The notes: generated by a model from the sequence alone, not told the origin. A DNA stretch of 63,715 bases from a virus (IMGVR_UViG_3300036859_000316:1-63715), one strand, 5' to 3'. Shown: positions 25,750 to 35,388, counted from the first letter of the stretch. Program-made: numbers and translations.

Positions 25750-25890
25750 TTAGGACACCGCCTCGAACAGCTTTCCGCAATCGGTACAGCGGTAGAGCGG
25801 CGACCACTCCAGCTTCACATAGGCTGACTTGCACCGAGGGCAGGTAGGCGTCGGTCGCTCCCGCTTGGTACTCGATGATTTCTCACCCAT
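25750..25890 (-). CDS. Small Zn-ribbon protein
   Basis: CPRC...CTDCGKLF. Confidence 0.6.
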   Translation of the reverse strand: MGEKSSSTKRERPTPTCPRCKSAYVKLEWSPLYRCTDCGKLFEAVS

Positions 25891-26158
25891 CGTCGCCTCT
25901 CTCGTCAGCCTCGGTATCGGCAGCGAGGAACGCCCAACCTGTCTCGGGGTCAATAAGTAGATCGTCCTTGGTTCCGAGGACAGCGCAGCCTTTATGGGTC
26001 GCGTAAACACGGGCAACGAATGGGTGTGCCTGCTCCCAACGGACAAGGCCCTCCGCCGTGAGTCGCTTGGTCGCGGAGGTGTCGCCCATGCCCATGTTGA
26101 TCCCCTCAGCGCCACCGGCTACCACTCGTCGCAGGAACTCGCAGTCCCGTTCACGCAT
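25883..26158 (-). CDS. Hypothetical protein ending LAADTE
   Basis: Shares a C-terminal DNA repeat with the two upstream genes. Confidence 0.6.
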   Translation of the reverse strand: MRERDCEFLRRVVAGGAEGINMGMGDTSATKRLTAEGLVRWEQAHPFVARVYATHKGCAVLGTKDDLLIDPETGWAFLAADTEADERGDDG

Positions 26159-26506
26159 CTTCCTTCTCCTCGGTATCGGCAGCGAGGGCGACCCACCTTT
26201 GGACCTTCTCCCGATCGCCACGTCGCTCCTCCCAGCCGGGTGAGTCATCGTGAATCAGCCCATCGCCACCACCGAGCAGGTCAACGGCGACTCGGAACTC
26301 CGTACGAACCGGCTCGGGAAGATGGGCACCCTCAGTGGTATCCGCGATAAGCGCCAGCGCCTTCGCCATTTGAGGACCGGCCCGAACCAGCGTAATCGCT
26401 CCATTGATGCCCACCGGAAGTGCTCTGAGGGCCGCTTGAAGCTCAGGCCACTTCGCCTTGGTCGATGTCTCACCCATCGGGTTCCTCCTCGGTATCGGCA
26501 GCGAGG
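25909..26506. repeat. Three exact 20-bp direct repeats CCTCGGTATCGGCAGCGAGG at gene ends
   Basis: Copies at 25909-25928, 26168-26187, 26487-26506. Confidence 0.9.
26151..26477 (-). CDS. Hypothetical protein ending ALAADTE
   Basis: MGETSTK... Confidence 0.6.
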   Translation of the reverse strand: MGETSTKAKWPELQAALRALPVGINGAITLVRAGPQMAKALALIADTTEGAHLPEPVRTEFRVAVDLLGGGDGLIHDDSPGWEERRGDREKVQRWVALAADTEEKEDA

Positions 26507-26787
26507 GCGGCAAAAGCGGCAAGGGCGTCGTAAATTCGATGGCCCCACGGCTCGGTCTTGGTTAGCCGGATTTCTCTAATCGCCCCGACGACTTCCTGCG
26601 CCGTCTCGTTGAGTTGTGCCACCTTGCGCTCCAGCCGCTCGATCTCGGTGCGGGCTTCGTCGCGTTCAGCAACTAGAGCCCTAATCACCCGCAGGTGATA
26701 CTCGTGCGTCACCAGCCCCCGTGCCTCAATTTGGGATTCGGGGATTGTCGGCTGCCCCTCGCTGCTCACCTTCGGCTGCTCAGCCAT
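26470..26787 (-). CDS. Coiled-coil hypothetical protein ending ALAADTE
   Basis: AAGGAG Shine-Dalgarno; MAEQPKVSSEG. Confidence 0.65.
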   Translation of the reverse strand: MAEQPKVSSEGQPTIPESQIEARGLVTHEYHLRVIRALVAERDEARTEIERLERKVAQLNETAQEVVGAIREIRLTKTEPWGHRIYDALAAFAALAADTEEEPDG

Positions 26788-26812
26788 CTGCCTTCTCCTT
26801 CGATCACTTCGG

Positions 26813-28567
26813 TCACGACACCGCCACGAACAGGTTCGAGCTCGCTCGGATCTCGCCCCCGTCTTCTTCAATCAGACCGTTCCGGCGGAGGGTCGTGAGG
26901 GCGGCGGGGACCGTGCTTGAGGACATCGAGTAGCCGGCGCGCTCAACGAGCTCCTCCCGCACCAGGCCCTCCGGGTGCGCGTCCACTAGGGCCTCGAAGA
27001 AGGCCAGCGGGGCGGGGGTTCGTCGCAGCGCCTGGCGCCAGCCTTCGATCACCTCATCCGGTGAAAGCGGCTCCTGCGGCTCCTCACCCAGTAGGTCGAA
27101 GGCGGCATCGGACGGCTCCACTTGGCTCCCGCGCTCCACGATCAGGCCCCGGTTTCTGAGGACCGTCATCGCGGCCGGGACGGTGCTCGACTTGCGGGAG
27201 TAGCCCGAGAGGGTGACCATCTGGGAGCGGGTCATCGCCATCGGGTGCTGGCGAACCAGCGTCTGGAGGAACTTCAGCGCCGCCGGGGGGAGCTCGGCGT
27301 CGTCATCCAGCTCGGCAGCCGGAGGAGCGGCGCCCGCGGGGCGCTCGTCTGCACGGCTAGGCCGCCGACGTGGCGCTTCCGTTCGCCGCTCCGCCGGCCG
27401 TCGCTGCGGTGGCTTCCAGCCGGACACCTTCGCCAACTCACCTTGGATGCCCTGGGCCGCATCCAACATCGCACGCACGACCTCTTGGAGTTGGTCGACG
27501 ACCCCGTTCGCCAGTACCGGAACCTCGACCAGCTTCTCGACCTCGATTTCCTTCGTCTCGGCCGGGCGCTGCTCCAGGTCGTGCTCCAGCGTCTTGATGC
27601 GCTTGCGCTCGGCCGCGAGCTGCTTGCGAAGCTCCTTCGGGTCCTCGGCCTTGGCGCGCTCGATCGTCGCCGCCATTCGCTCCGTGAGTGCCTCAAGATC
27701 AACGTCGGCCCGACCCTTCGGCGCGGTGATCTTTTCGCCTACATCGGGCTCTCGCGAGGAGTCGTAAGTGCCCTTGGTCCGGATCTTGAACTCGCCGAAC
27801 ACGCGCAGAAAGGCGGGTGACATCACGTATGCCTCGCCCCGAGCAAGGCGGGGCAGGGCAGCTAGGGCCACCTTCTCGTCCTCGGGGGAGCCTTGAGCCT
27901 CGAACCAGTTGGCGATCGCCTTGCGGTCGTTCGGACCCATCAGGCGATGCACGATCAGCGTCTCGGACTGCTCCAGAACCTCGGTGTTGAGTGACGCGGC
28001 GCGCTGTGAGATCACCGCCGCACCGAGTCCCTTGCGGCGCCCCAGCTTCACCACATCTTCCACCGCCCCGATCGAGCGCATGATGTCTCCGCTGCCGCTC
28101 TTGCGAGCCCCGGTCAGTTGCGGGGCGAAGCGGTGAGCCTCGTCGATCACCACGAACGTCGCCTCCCGGCTGCCGTGGTAGAGCGCCTCTAAGAAGTCGG
28201 CCACGAAGCGGATCTGCTGGCCCTTGCGCATCAACTCCAGATCGAGCACCAGCGAGTAGCGATCCCGAACCACGAGGTCGGCGACCACCTGGCCGCCGGT
28301 CGGCTCAAGCGCCACATCGCCTTCGTGTCCGCCCAGCACCACACAGTCCAGGCCAGCGCGCTTGCCATCCCTGCTCGTGCGCAGGCCGAACCAAGCGCCA
28401 GTGGGGTCGATCACCACGAACGGCGCGTGAGCGGCCATCTCCTCGACCAGCACAACTCCGGTCGAACTCTTGCCCGTTCCTCGCTGGCCGACAATGCCGA
28501 AGGTGCGCGTGATCGCGTCGATCGGCATGGTGAGCGAGCGGGAGATGCGGAGGCTTACTGGTGCCAT
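26813..28567 (-). CDS. HerA/FtsK-like (DUF87) ATPase with tandem C-terminal winged helices
   Basis: GQRGTGKS, VIDPTG, VVIDEAHRFAP, GRRKGLG...SQR; duplicated GYS..SSTVPAA.T.LR..GLI.E. Confidence 0.88.
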   Translation of the reverse strand: MAPVSLRISRSLTMPIDAITRTFGIVGQRGTGKSSTGVVLVEEMAAHAPFVVIDPTGAWFGLRTSRDGKRAGLDCVVLGGHEGDVALEPTGGQVVADLVVRDRYSLVLDLELMRKGQQIRFVADFLEALYHGSREATFVVIDEAHRFAPQLTGARKSGSGDIMRSIGAVEDVVKLGRRKGLGAAVISQRAASLNTEVLEQSETLIVHRLMGPNDRKAIANWFEAQGSPEDEKVALAALPRLARGEAYVMSPAFLRVFGEFKIRTKGTYDSSREPDVGEKITAPKGRADVDLEALTERMAATIERAKAEDPKELRKQLAAERKRIKTLEHDLEQRPAETKEIEVEKLVEVPVLANGVVDQLQEVVRAMLDAAQGIQGELAKVSGWKPPQRRPAERRTEAPRRRPSRADERPAGAAPPAAELDDDAELPPAALKFLQTLVRQHPMAMTRSQMVTLSGYSRKSSTVPAAMTVLRNRGLIVERGSQVEPSDAAFDLLGEEPQEPLSPDEVIEGWRQALRRTPAPLAFFEALVDAHPEGLVREELVERAGYSMSSSTVPAALTTLRRNGLIEEDGGEIRASSNLFVAVS

Positions 28568-28619
28568 AGGCTGCGCCAGATCATCCCGAGCGCGAAGGTG
28601 ATCGGGTCGAGGCGGGGCT

Positions 28620-28880
28620 TCACTGCTGCGCCGCCCGTCGCCCTGGTTGGCTGGCATCCTTGAGTAGCTCAACGGCCTCGATCAGCGCGTCGAGGTCGAT
28701 GGTGGCCGGGGTGAACCTGATCCCGCCGTCGTCGTGGATCGCGACCCCTTCGCTGTCCATCTCGATCCGGTAGGCGCGCTTACCGTCCGGCTGCCTCACC
28801 CTCACCGTCGCCGTCCGCTCGGCTTGCGGCGGCGGGATCGGCTGCTCGGACTCCGGCTTCGGGTCGTATGGCTTTCCCAT
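28620..28880 (-). CDS. Hypothetical protein
   Basis: Shine-Dalgarno and codon bias. Confidence 0.6.
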   Translation of the reverse strand: MGKPYDPKPESEQPIPPPQAERTATVRVRQPDGKRAYRIEMDSEGVAIHDDGGIRFTPATIDLDALIEAVELLKDASQPGRRAAQQ

Positions 28881-29172
28881 CATCGCGTTCCTTCCTAGTC
28901 GTGCCCGACCACTTCTCGCGGTCAGGACAGGTTCCAAAGTGTGACGTGCGCAGTTGTACGCCGTGGCGCTTGGCGGCCTCGCGGGCCTTGCCGTTGAGGT
29001 TCGTGATCCTGATCGCCAGCAGCGCCCCGTTCGGGCTCTTGGCGGCGGCGACGAGGTAGTCGCCCTCGTCGGGGTCGGGCTGGCGGTCGAGCGGCATCCT
29101 CTTGCCCTTCAGCGTCCCGGCCCAGACGATCGGGGCGCCGCAGGACTGGCAGGTGTCCTCGCGCGGACTCAT
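28780..29172 (-). CDS. Hypothetical Zn-binding phage protein
   Basis: CQSCGAPIVW...GKRMPLD...SHFGTCP. Confidence 0.7.
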   Translation of the reverse strand: MSPREDTCQSCGAPIVWAGTLKGKRMPLDRQPDPDEGDYLVAAAKSPNGALLAIRITNLNGKAREAAKRHGVQLRTSHFGTCPDREKWSGTTRKERDDGKAIRPEAGVRAADPAAASRADGDGEGEAAGR

Positions 29173-29349
29173 GCCGCCCCGCTTTTTCGCAGGGCGGCCC
29201 GGACTCCTGCGAGCGCCTCGTCGACGAGGTCGCGCCATTCGAGGGCGCGCACGTAGCGGTCCCACCGCCGCTCGAACTCCCGCTGAACGTCAGGCGGCAG
29301 CGGCTCAAGCGGCTCGTCATACGTGAACCACGAGACCATGCGCAGCGGG

Positions 29350-29613
29350 TCAGCCACCGAGCTCCCCCTGCGCCGGCGCGTCGTCGTCGGCCGGGCCCCA
29401 GCGCCACGCTTCGACCAACTGCAAGCGTTTGCGGATCGGGGCGAACGGCGCGAGCGCGAGGAACTGCGCCTCTTCGTTCTTGCGGAGCGCCGGGTCGGCC
29501 TTCCGCACCTTCTCGGCGGCAGCGGTTCGGCTCGATGCCTTGACGGGCTCACCCTGGCGCACCGCGAAGGTCCGGCCGCCGTCGAGCGAGACGAGGACGG
29601 TGTAGCTGGGCAT
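29350..29613 (-). CDS. Hypothetical protein
   Basis: Open frame, codon bias. Confidence 0.6.
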   Translation of the reverse strand: MPSYTVLVSLDGGRTFAVRQGEPVKASSRTAAAEKVRKADPALRKNEEAQFLALAPFAPIRKRLQLVEAWRWGPADDDAPAQGELGG

Positions 29614-29614
29614 C

Positions 29615-29869
29615 TCAGGCCTCCGTGGGGGTCGGCTCTATCAGATCACCTTCGTCGTTGACGCGCTCGGAGCGCCAGCGGGCGATCAGCGCCTCTAGCT
29701 CGTTGTCCTCGATGGTTCGGGCGTCACGGTCGTCGCTCTCGGCAAGCCACCGCAGGAAGTCCTCGGCGTGCTCCGCGCTCGGGAACGTGGTCCCGAAGGC
29801 CCAGCCGGTCACCGAGTCATACAGCGCCACGTTGGCGGGGTCAGTCAGTCGAACGCCCATCGTCTCCAC
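29615..29869 (-). CDS. Hypothetical protein
   Basis: Open frame, codon bias. Confidence 0.65.
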   Translation of the reverse strand: METMGVRLTDPANVALYDSVTGWAFGTTFPSAEHAEDFLRWLAESDDRDARTIEDNELEALIARWRSERVNDEGDLIEPTPTEA

Positions 29870-31133
29870 CTTCCCGGCGCCGTGGCGCCACTTTTCGTTT
29901 TACGAACTCGGTTCCCTGCGAGTGGCTGACGTGATCCTTGAGCTCGAACGGCTGGCCGTACTCGACCGCGCCCTCGATGCCCTCGCGGATCTTCGGCAGG
30001 TGGCCCTGCTTCAGCGACTCGCGCTCATAGGGCACGTAGACGAGCGCCAGATTGTCACCGATGTAGACCCCGCAGCGCTGCTCGCCCCGATACTCGACGG
30101 TCATCCCGAGCCGCTCGGCCGCTGGCCCGATCCGCTTTTTCAGATCCGAGGCGCGGTCGGCCATGAAGTGCCAGTTGGCGGCGAGGGTCTCGATCCGAGC
30201 CGGGTCGTCGACGTCGGCGAGCTGGGACTCGGGCCGCAGGACGGGAGGCAGCGGACACTCATACTTCGCCGGGCAGCGCTGGCAGTGGTTGCCCGGCTTC
30301 GGCTGCCACTTGCCGGTCTCGATCGACTCGGCGAGACCCCGGAGCTGCGATTCGAGGTCGAGCCGGAAGTTGAGCAGTTGACCTCGGTCGATCACCGCAT
30401 CGCGGTAGCCGAGTCCCTCTTCGTAGAGGTACTGCGGGAAGCGCAGGAAGACCCGGAAGCGCTCGACGCCAGCGCCGAGGTTGACACCGGCGGCGGTCTG
30501 CCCGAAGGCCACCGCCAGCGCGTAGACCTGCGTCTGGAAGTTGCCGCCAAAGCGGGGGTTGCCGTTGTCGTCGAAGCCGCCGGTGGCCCATTCCTCGTCG
30601 GCGCCGGTGCGGGGCATCGCCTTCTGGGTCTTGTAGTCAATGACGTCGAGCATCCAGTGGGCGGGTTGCTCGATCAGGTCGACACGGCAGCGGATCGTCC
30701 ACTCGCCGACTTCGAGGGTTAGCTCCTGCTCGACCCCGATCACGCGGTCGGGCTGAAAGAAGGAACCGACGCACCAGTTGTAGATCATCCCGCGGAGCTG
30801 GTCGCGTTCGTATGCCGGGACCTGAAGATCGAGACGCCGCTCGAACACTTCGTTTAGCCGGTCGAGACCAAGCTCGGGTGGAATCGAGTTCTCGCCGCGC
30901 TCAACGAGCTCACGGGTGAGCTCGGCGACGGCCTCGTGGAAGGCGGTCCCCCGGTCCATCTGATGACTGCCCGCCCCGCCGTGATATTTCGCGTACAAAA
31001 AGGCGGCTCGGCGGCAGACGTCGAACCAGCCAAGGAAGGTCTGCGAGGGCTCGCGGCCGATCTCGACGGCGGCGCGCTCGGCCTCGTCTATCGGCGGCAG
31101 GTCGCGCCAGCCGCCTTGCGGCTCAGTAGTCAT
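29841..31133 (-). CDS. PD-(D/E)XK RecB-like exonuclease
   Basis: RGTAFHE, VEQEL, RVDLIE...IDYKT, FQTQVYA, PGNHCQRCP...C. Confidence 0.88.
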   Translation of the reverse strand: MTTEPQGGWRDLPPIDEAERAAVEIGREPSQTFLGWFDVCRRAAFLYAKYHGGAGSHQMDRGTAFHEAVAELTRELVERGENSIPPELGLDRLNEVFERRLDLQVPAYERDQLRGMIYNWCVGSFFQPDRVIGVEQELTLEVGEWTIRCRVDLIEQPAHWMLDVIDYKTQKAMPRTGADEEWATGGFDDNGNPRFGGNFQTQVYALAVAFGQTAAGVNLGAGVERFRVFLRFPQYLYEEGLGYRDAVIDRGQLLNFRLDLESQLRGLAESIETGKWQPKPGNHCQRCPAKYECPLPPVLRPESQLADVDDPARIETLAANWHFMADRASDLKKRIGPAAERLGMTVEYRGEQRCGVYIGDNLALVYVPYERESLKQGHLPKIREGIEGAVEYGQPFELKDHVSHSQGTEFVKRKVAPRRREGGDDGRSTD

Positions 31134-31328
31134 AGCCGAACTCGTCGAACAGCACCCTCAACCGCCGCTCGACGTGCGGGTAACTGCGGAAGGCGCGCAC
31201 GGACAGATACCAGCCGAAGCAGATTTGCCACAGTGGCGGGCACGCGGTAACGCGACGATCACCAGCCCACGCGACTAGCAGGATGCCGATCAGGCCAAAC
31301 TGATTGATCCGCTCACGCGGCGAGGTTG

Positions 31329-31352
31329 GTTGATTCACAGTCAACGATTCTA
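31329..31352 (-). promoter_or_regulatory. TAGAAT -10 followed by operator-like GTTGA-N7-TCAAC
   Basis: Palindrome 31329-31345 nearly identical to 35044-35060. Confidence 0.65.
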
Positions 31353-31353
31353 C

Positions 31354-31824
31354 CTAGTCGGGTCGCCGAATCTTGTCATCGAAGCAGGCGGGGCAGGCGT
31401 CGCCGTGGAAGGCGATCCCGGCGGCCGACACGGCGAAGGGCACGAACTCTTCGCTCGGCTGATCGCATAGGTCGCAGCGGCCGTCGTCGACCTCGGGGCC
31501 CATCCGGGCGATCACTGACGGGACGCACCGGGCGCAGGTGGCAAGTCCGGGTCCGAGGAGCACGAGGATCGGCATCGGACTCAGGTCGCCGCGCAGAACG
31601 CCGGGAACGTGCGGGCAGACGTTGTCGCCGACCCGGCGCGCGGCTGCTTGCATCAGCGCTGCGGCCAGCAGCCGTCCCGCCTCGCCCTCTACCTTGTGCT
31701 CGTGCCTGACGGCCGACACCGCCCCGAAGAGCGCGCGCTTCAACTCCCTGACGTCGCGCTCGGCGGCGTCGCGCTGATCCTCTTGCCACGGCTCAGCGGG
31801 GATCACTTCCAAAACTCCCACCAC
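31354..31824 (-). CDS. Cys-containing hypothetical protein
   Basis: CPH, CARC, CDLC, CPAC. Confidence 0.6.
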   Translation of the reverse strand: MVGVLEVIPAEPWQEDQRDAAERDVRELKRALFGAVSAVRHEHKVEGEAGRLLAAALMQAAARRVGDNVCPHVPGVLRGDLSPMPILVLLGPGLATCARCVPSVIARMGPEVDDGRCDLCDQPSEEFVPFAVSAAGIAFHGDACPACFDDKIRRPD

Positions 31825-32060
31825 TTGCGCTCAGCTAGACGCTGCGCCTGCTCGACCATGGAAGCCTCGGCCTCGCGCCCGAGGCGCTCGACCGTGATCT
31901 CACACAGCGCGGTGATAAGCCGCTCCCCCTGCTCGGGCGTGGCGATCCCAGACCTGACGAGACCATCGCGAAGCTCGAAGGCCAGCGGAGTCAGGAGCGC
32001 GCGGCGGGCCTCGTCGCGGCGGGCCTCGTCAATCGTCGGGCGCTCGGGCTCAGCGGGCAT
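31803..32060 (-). CDS. Hypothetical protein
   Basis: Ends RKWWEFWK. Confidence 0.6.
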   Translation of the reverse strand: MPAEPERPTIDEARRDEARRALLTPLAFELRDGLVRSGIATPEQGERLITALCEITVERLGREAEASMVEQAQRLAERKWWEFWK

Positions 32061-32262
32061 CGTGGCGCTCTTCCAGCTCGTCGAGGTAGACCGGCTCTTC
32101 GTCGCCGGCGCCCCAGTTCAGCGGCGTGCCGCAGCCGGGGCACTCTTCGGGCGGATCCTCGCCGGTGGCCCAGAGCACGAGCTCGGCGCAGTCGGGATCC
32201 GGGCAGCGCATCTCTTGGCCGGCGTAGCTCACAGCGACCGCCGTAACCTCAGCCACCACCAA
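32050..32262 (-). CDS. Small Zn-ribbon protein
   Basis: CPDPDC...CPGCG. Confidence 0.55.
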   Translation of the reverse strand: MVVAEVTAVAVSYAGQEMRCPDPDCAELVLWATGEDPPEECPGCGTPLNWGAGDEEPVYLDELEERHDAR

Positions 32263-32437
32263 CTCAAACGACTGTGGTGGCGGAAGCAGACGCCACCGTC
32301 GATCCTCTGCACTGAGACGTCATGGGCCGTGAAGCTGGCGCGGGGCTGCTCCCAACCCAGCCAGATCGTCTCCCCGGCCTTCACCGTGAAGGGCGGGTCG
32401 AGCCGCTCCATGCGGGGGAGGGTCGGATGGTCCGATC

Positions 32438-33124
32438 TCACGCGACCACCGCCTCGATCCTCAGCCAGCGCTGGCCGTTGAGCACTCCGCGCCGTAGCTC
32501 CGTCGCCTCAAGCCCGCGCTCGCGGCACAGGCGCTGTATCGAGCGCCGAGAGTGACTGACGACCTCGGGGGCGCCGCCCTCGTGCGAGCGACCTCGCCAC
32601 TCGTCCCCCTGGTAGTCGCCGGCGACGATCGCGCCGGGCCGAGTCAGCAAGCCAGCCGGGTAGTAGGACGCGAGGAACTTCGCGCCCGGCGCCGCCGTGT
32701 CCTTGAAGCTGTCGAGCATCGCCCCGATCTGCCGCTTGGAGGCGTGCGTCCAGACCGAGCGCGCTAGGACGAAGTCGAAGGGTTCGCGCCACACCGAGAA
32801 GTCCCAGGAGTCGTTGCCGTCCCAGCGCGGGCGCTTCGTTTGGGCAAGCCCCGGCTCAAGGATGTGCTCGCGCCCCAGCCGCGCCAGCTCTCGGTCGGGC
32901 TCGATGCAGCAGTAGCAGCCGGGGTCGAGAAAGTGGATCAGCCAGTAGCCGCCCCGCAGGCAGCCGCAGCCGACGTCGAGCACCCGTGAGTCGGGACGCA
33001 GCCCCTCCCGCAGCAGGGTCACGAGCTGCAACCGCCCCACCGCCTCGAAGTCCTTGGCCGGGCCACCGATGAACGTACCCCCAGCCGCGAGGGCCGTGGC
33101 TCGCTCCTGAAGGGCCGAGCTCAT
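32438..33124 (-). CDS. Class I SAM-dependent methyltransferase
   Basis: GLRPDSRVLDVGCGCLRGG, FDFVLARSVWTH. Confidence 0.9.
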   Translation of the reverse strand: MSSALQERATALAAGGTFIGGPAKDFEAVGRLQLVTLLREGLRPDSRVLDVGCGCLRGGYWLIHFLDPGCYCCIEPDRELARLGREHILEPGLAQTKRPRWDGNDSWDFSVWREPFDFVLARSVWTHASKRQIGAMLDSFKDTAAPGAKFLASYYPAGLLTRPGAIVAGDYQGDEWRGRSHEGGAPEVVSHSRRSIQRLCRERGLEATELRRGVLNGQRWLRIEAVVA

Positions 33125-33329
33125 ACGATCCTCGCCAAGTGGGCCAGCGCCTTGCGGCACGCCTCTTCGAGTGTCGGCGCCCGGAACTCTTCGTCTTCGA
33201 GCGAGCGCGGGTGGACACAAAACTGGTTCTCACCGTCGTACCCGTCGATCGTGTGGACGGTGGCGTCGCAGCCCGACAGGTCGCGCATCCGTAGCAGGGC
33301 GGCGGCGGCGTCGGTCGGGGTCGTGCCGC

Positions 33330-33725
33330 TCACGGCGTCCACTCCGTCTCGAAGCCCTCGGAGGGATCGGCGGGGACGCCACTCCCAACGCCCCCGCCGT
33401 CCTTCTCTCCCCCGTAAGCCTTCGGCCATAGCCGCTTAAGTAGCTCATCGCGGCGGTCGCTGAGAGCGTCGATCGGCTGGCCGAGGGTGGCGCGGACGAT
33501 CTCATCGCGGAACGCTTCCTGTCGCCGCACAAGCGCCGGGATCCGCTTCTCGATCTCGCGCAACTCTTCGAGGTCGGCGAGCCGTTCGAGGGCATGGTCC
33601 GCCGGGACGTGCGGCGAGAGCTCATGCGTACACCGAGGGCATGGCTGCGGTTCGGGAGCCCACGGATAGCCGCAGTCGTCGTTCATGCAGACATAGATCG
33701 TGGCCTCCGCGGCCGCCTCAGCCAT
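33330..33725 (-). CDS. Hypothetical protein with N-terminal Zn-ribbon
   Basis: CMNDDC...CPRC, coiled coil. Confidence 0.6.
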   Translation of the reverse strand: MAEAAAEATIYVCMNDDCGYPWAPEPQPCPRCTHELSPHVPADHALERLADLEELREIEKRIPALVRRQEAFRDEIVRATLGQPIDALSDRRDELLKRLWPKAYGGEKDGGGVGSGVPADPSEGFETEWTP

Positions 33726-34878
33726 CGGGCGTCCCCCTGCCCTCGGCGGTCAGCTTCGCCTCGGCCTTCTCGACCCGATCGAGATCCTCGCGGACGATCC
33801 CGAGCGCCTCGCGCCGGTTCATAACCCGGGCGATCTTGCGCTCGGTCTCGGCGGCGGTGTCCTCGCTGATCGCTTTGATCCCTTCGAGGCCCTCGTTGAT
33901 CTCGCCCTCGACGTCGCGCAGGTCGACCACCTGCTCGACCACGCCAACGAGCCGCTCGTGCGAGTGCTCGGCGTCGCGGACCAGCTTGTTGAACTGCCCC
34001 GGCGGCAGGAGCCCGGGGTTGAGCTCGCGCAACTGGTCATACGCCGCCTTAGCGTCCTTGCGCAGCTTCTCGGCCTTCTCGTCGGTGAGGGGCTGCGCCC
34101 GGTCTCCGAGCGCCGTGGTGAGCGCCGGCGTGTCCTCGTCGAGATTCAGCTCTTCGGTCGTGTAGACCGGGGTGCCGGTCGTGATATCGGGACAGTGGAC
34201 CCGGACCCCCTCGGCGAGCGCGCGCCAGTAGAGCATATCCCGGGGGTACTGCTTCCAGTTCTTCTTGTTGGTCAGGCTGGCACGCTCGGCGTCGGCCATC
34301 GTGAAGGTAATGTCGGGGTGGAGCTGGTGGTCTTCGGTCACTTGCCCCGGCCACGGCGCCCCGGCCTCGAAGAATCGCAACGAGCACTGCTGGTCGTCGC
34401 GGTCGAGGATCTCAAAGCGGTACTTCGGCGAGGCCTTGAGGATCCCGGCAAGCAGCCGACCGCGCAGCGCGATCGAGGGCCCGTCGCCGGTGTCGATTAT
34501 GTCGACGCCCATGATCGCCGCCGTCGGGCTGATCCCTAGGTCCATGCCGACCATGACCTTCACCGCCGCCTTCGCCGGGTCGTTGGCCGTCTTGAAGAAG
34601 CCCGAGCGGGCGAGGACGTGGCCGAGCTCGACCGCGGCCCGGTAGTCCCGTCTCGCTGGCGCGAGTCCCATCTCGTGCTCGACGTGGCGCACGAGGGCCC
34701 GCTCTTCGTGGTCGGCTCGCGGTGCATCTACCCGAGGGAGACGAGACCAACCTACGTGGTCGGGGACAACCTCGCCGCCGACGGCCTGGGCGCTGGTGGG
34801 TTCCTCGCTGGGGTCGGGTGGGCTGGCGTCCTGGTCTGGAAGATCAGGCGGTGCGGTCGGTCGGTCGGTCTCGGTCAT
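33718..34878 (-). CDS. RecT/Red-beta-like ssDNA annealing protein
   Basis: G.DLGISP..AI, FTMADAERA.L..K.NWKQYPRDML.WRA......HCPD. Confidence 0.8.
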   Translation of the reverse strand: MTETDRPTAPPDLPDQDASPPDPSEEPTSAQAVGGEVVPDHVGWSRLPRVDAPRADHEERALVRHVEHEMGLAPARRDYRAAVELGHVLARSGFFKTANDPAKAAVKVMVGMDLGISPTAAIMGVDIIDTGDGPSIALRGRLLAGILKASPKYRFEILDRDDQQCSLRFFEAGAPWPGQVTEDHQLHPDITFTMADAERASLTNKKNWKQYPRDMLYWRALAEGVRVHCPDITTGTPVYTTEELNLDEDTPALTTALGDRAQPLTDEKAEKLRKDAKAAYDQLRELNPGLLPPGQFNKLVRDAEHSHERLVGVVEQVVDLRDVEGEINEGLEGIKAISEDTAAETERKIARVMNRREALGIVREDLDRVEKAEAKLTAEGRGTPDG

Positions 34879-35043
34879 GCGCTTCCCTTCCGTTCGGTGG
34901 CGGTCGCCGTATGCGGCCGCCCGTTTCGCCTCGCCATCGCCTCAGCCTCCGCAGCTTGCAGCGCGCGGACGATCCGGCGCCGCTCGGCACGTCGGCCGGT
35001 GTAGCGGCCGATCAGGAAGCTAGTCAGGCCCATAGCGAGGGAG

Positions 35044-35066
35044 GTTGATTCACGGTCAACATGGTA
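35044..35066 (-). promoter_or_regulatory. TACCAT -10 followed by operator-like GTTGA-N7-TCAAC
   Basis: GTTGATTCACGGTCAAC at 35044-35060. Confidence 0.65.
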
Positions 35067-35085
35067 CTCAGATCGGCGGCGGCGC

Positions 35086-35388
35086 TCACAGGTCGTGCCG
35101 CCCCGTGTAGAGCCCCAGGATCGCCTCGAAGCGGGGGACTACCTCGGTCCGTTTCAACTTCGGCTGCGCCTCGCCATCGTGAAAGCAGCTCGTCGCGCGA
35201 TCGTCACCCGCTACGTGGTGCCCTCCGGGTCCTCGGTATTGCTTGCCGCAGATCGGGCAGTGCCATACATACCATCGGTGCCCCTCTGGCGGCTCGTACT
35301 CGGCCGGACTCGGCGGGTCCTCGGGCTCGGCATCGGCGGCCGCGAAGTGGGCGGCGCCCTCTAGGTCGGTGCTCTCGCGGTCACGCAT
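35086..35388 (-). CDS. Hypothetical protein
   Basis: WHCPICGK motif. Confidence 0.55.
   Translation of the reverse strand: MRDRESTDLEGAAHFAAADAEPEDPPSPAEYEPPEGHRWYVWHCPICGKQYRGPGGHHVAGDDRATSCFHDGEAQPKLKRTEVVPRFEAILGLYTGRHDL

Noticed and set aside
25909-26506. CRISPR array
   Set aside because: Spacing of 259 and 319 bp, repeats are coding, and no cas genes are present
29841-31133. Cas4 of a CRISPR system
   Set aside because: Motifs and the nearby RecT-like gene fit a phage recombination exonuclease
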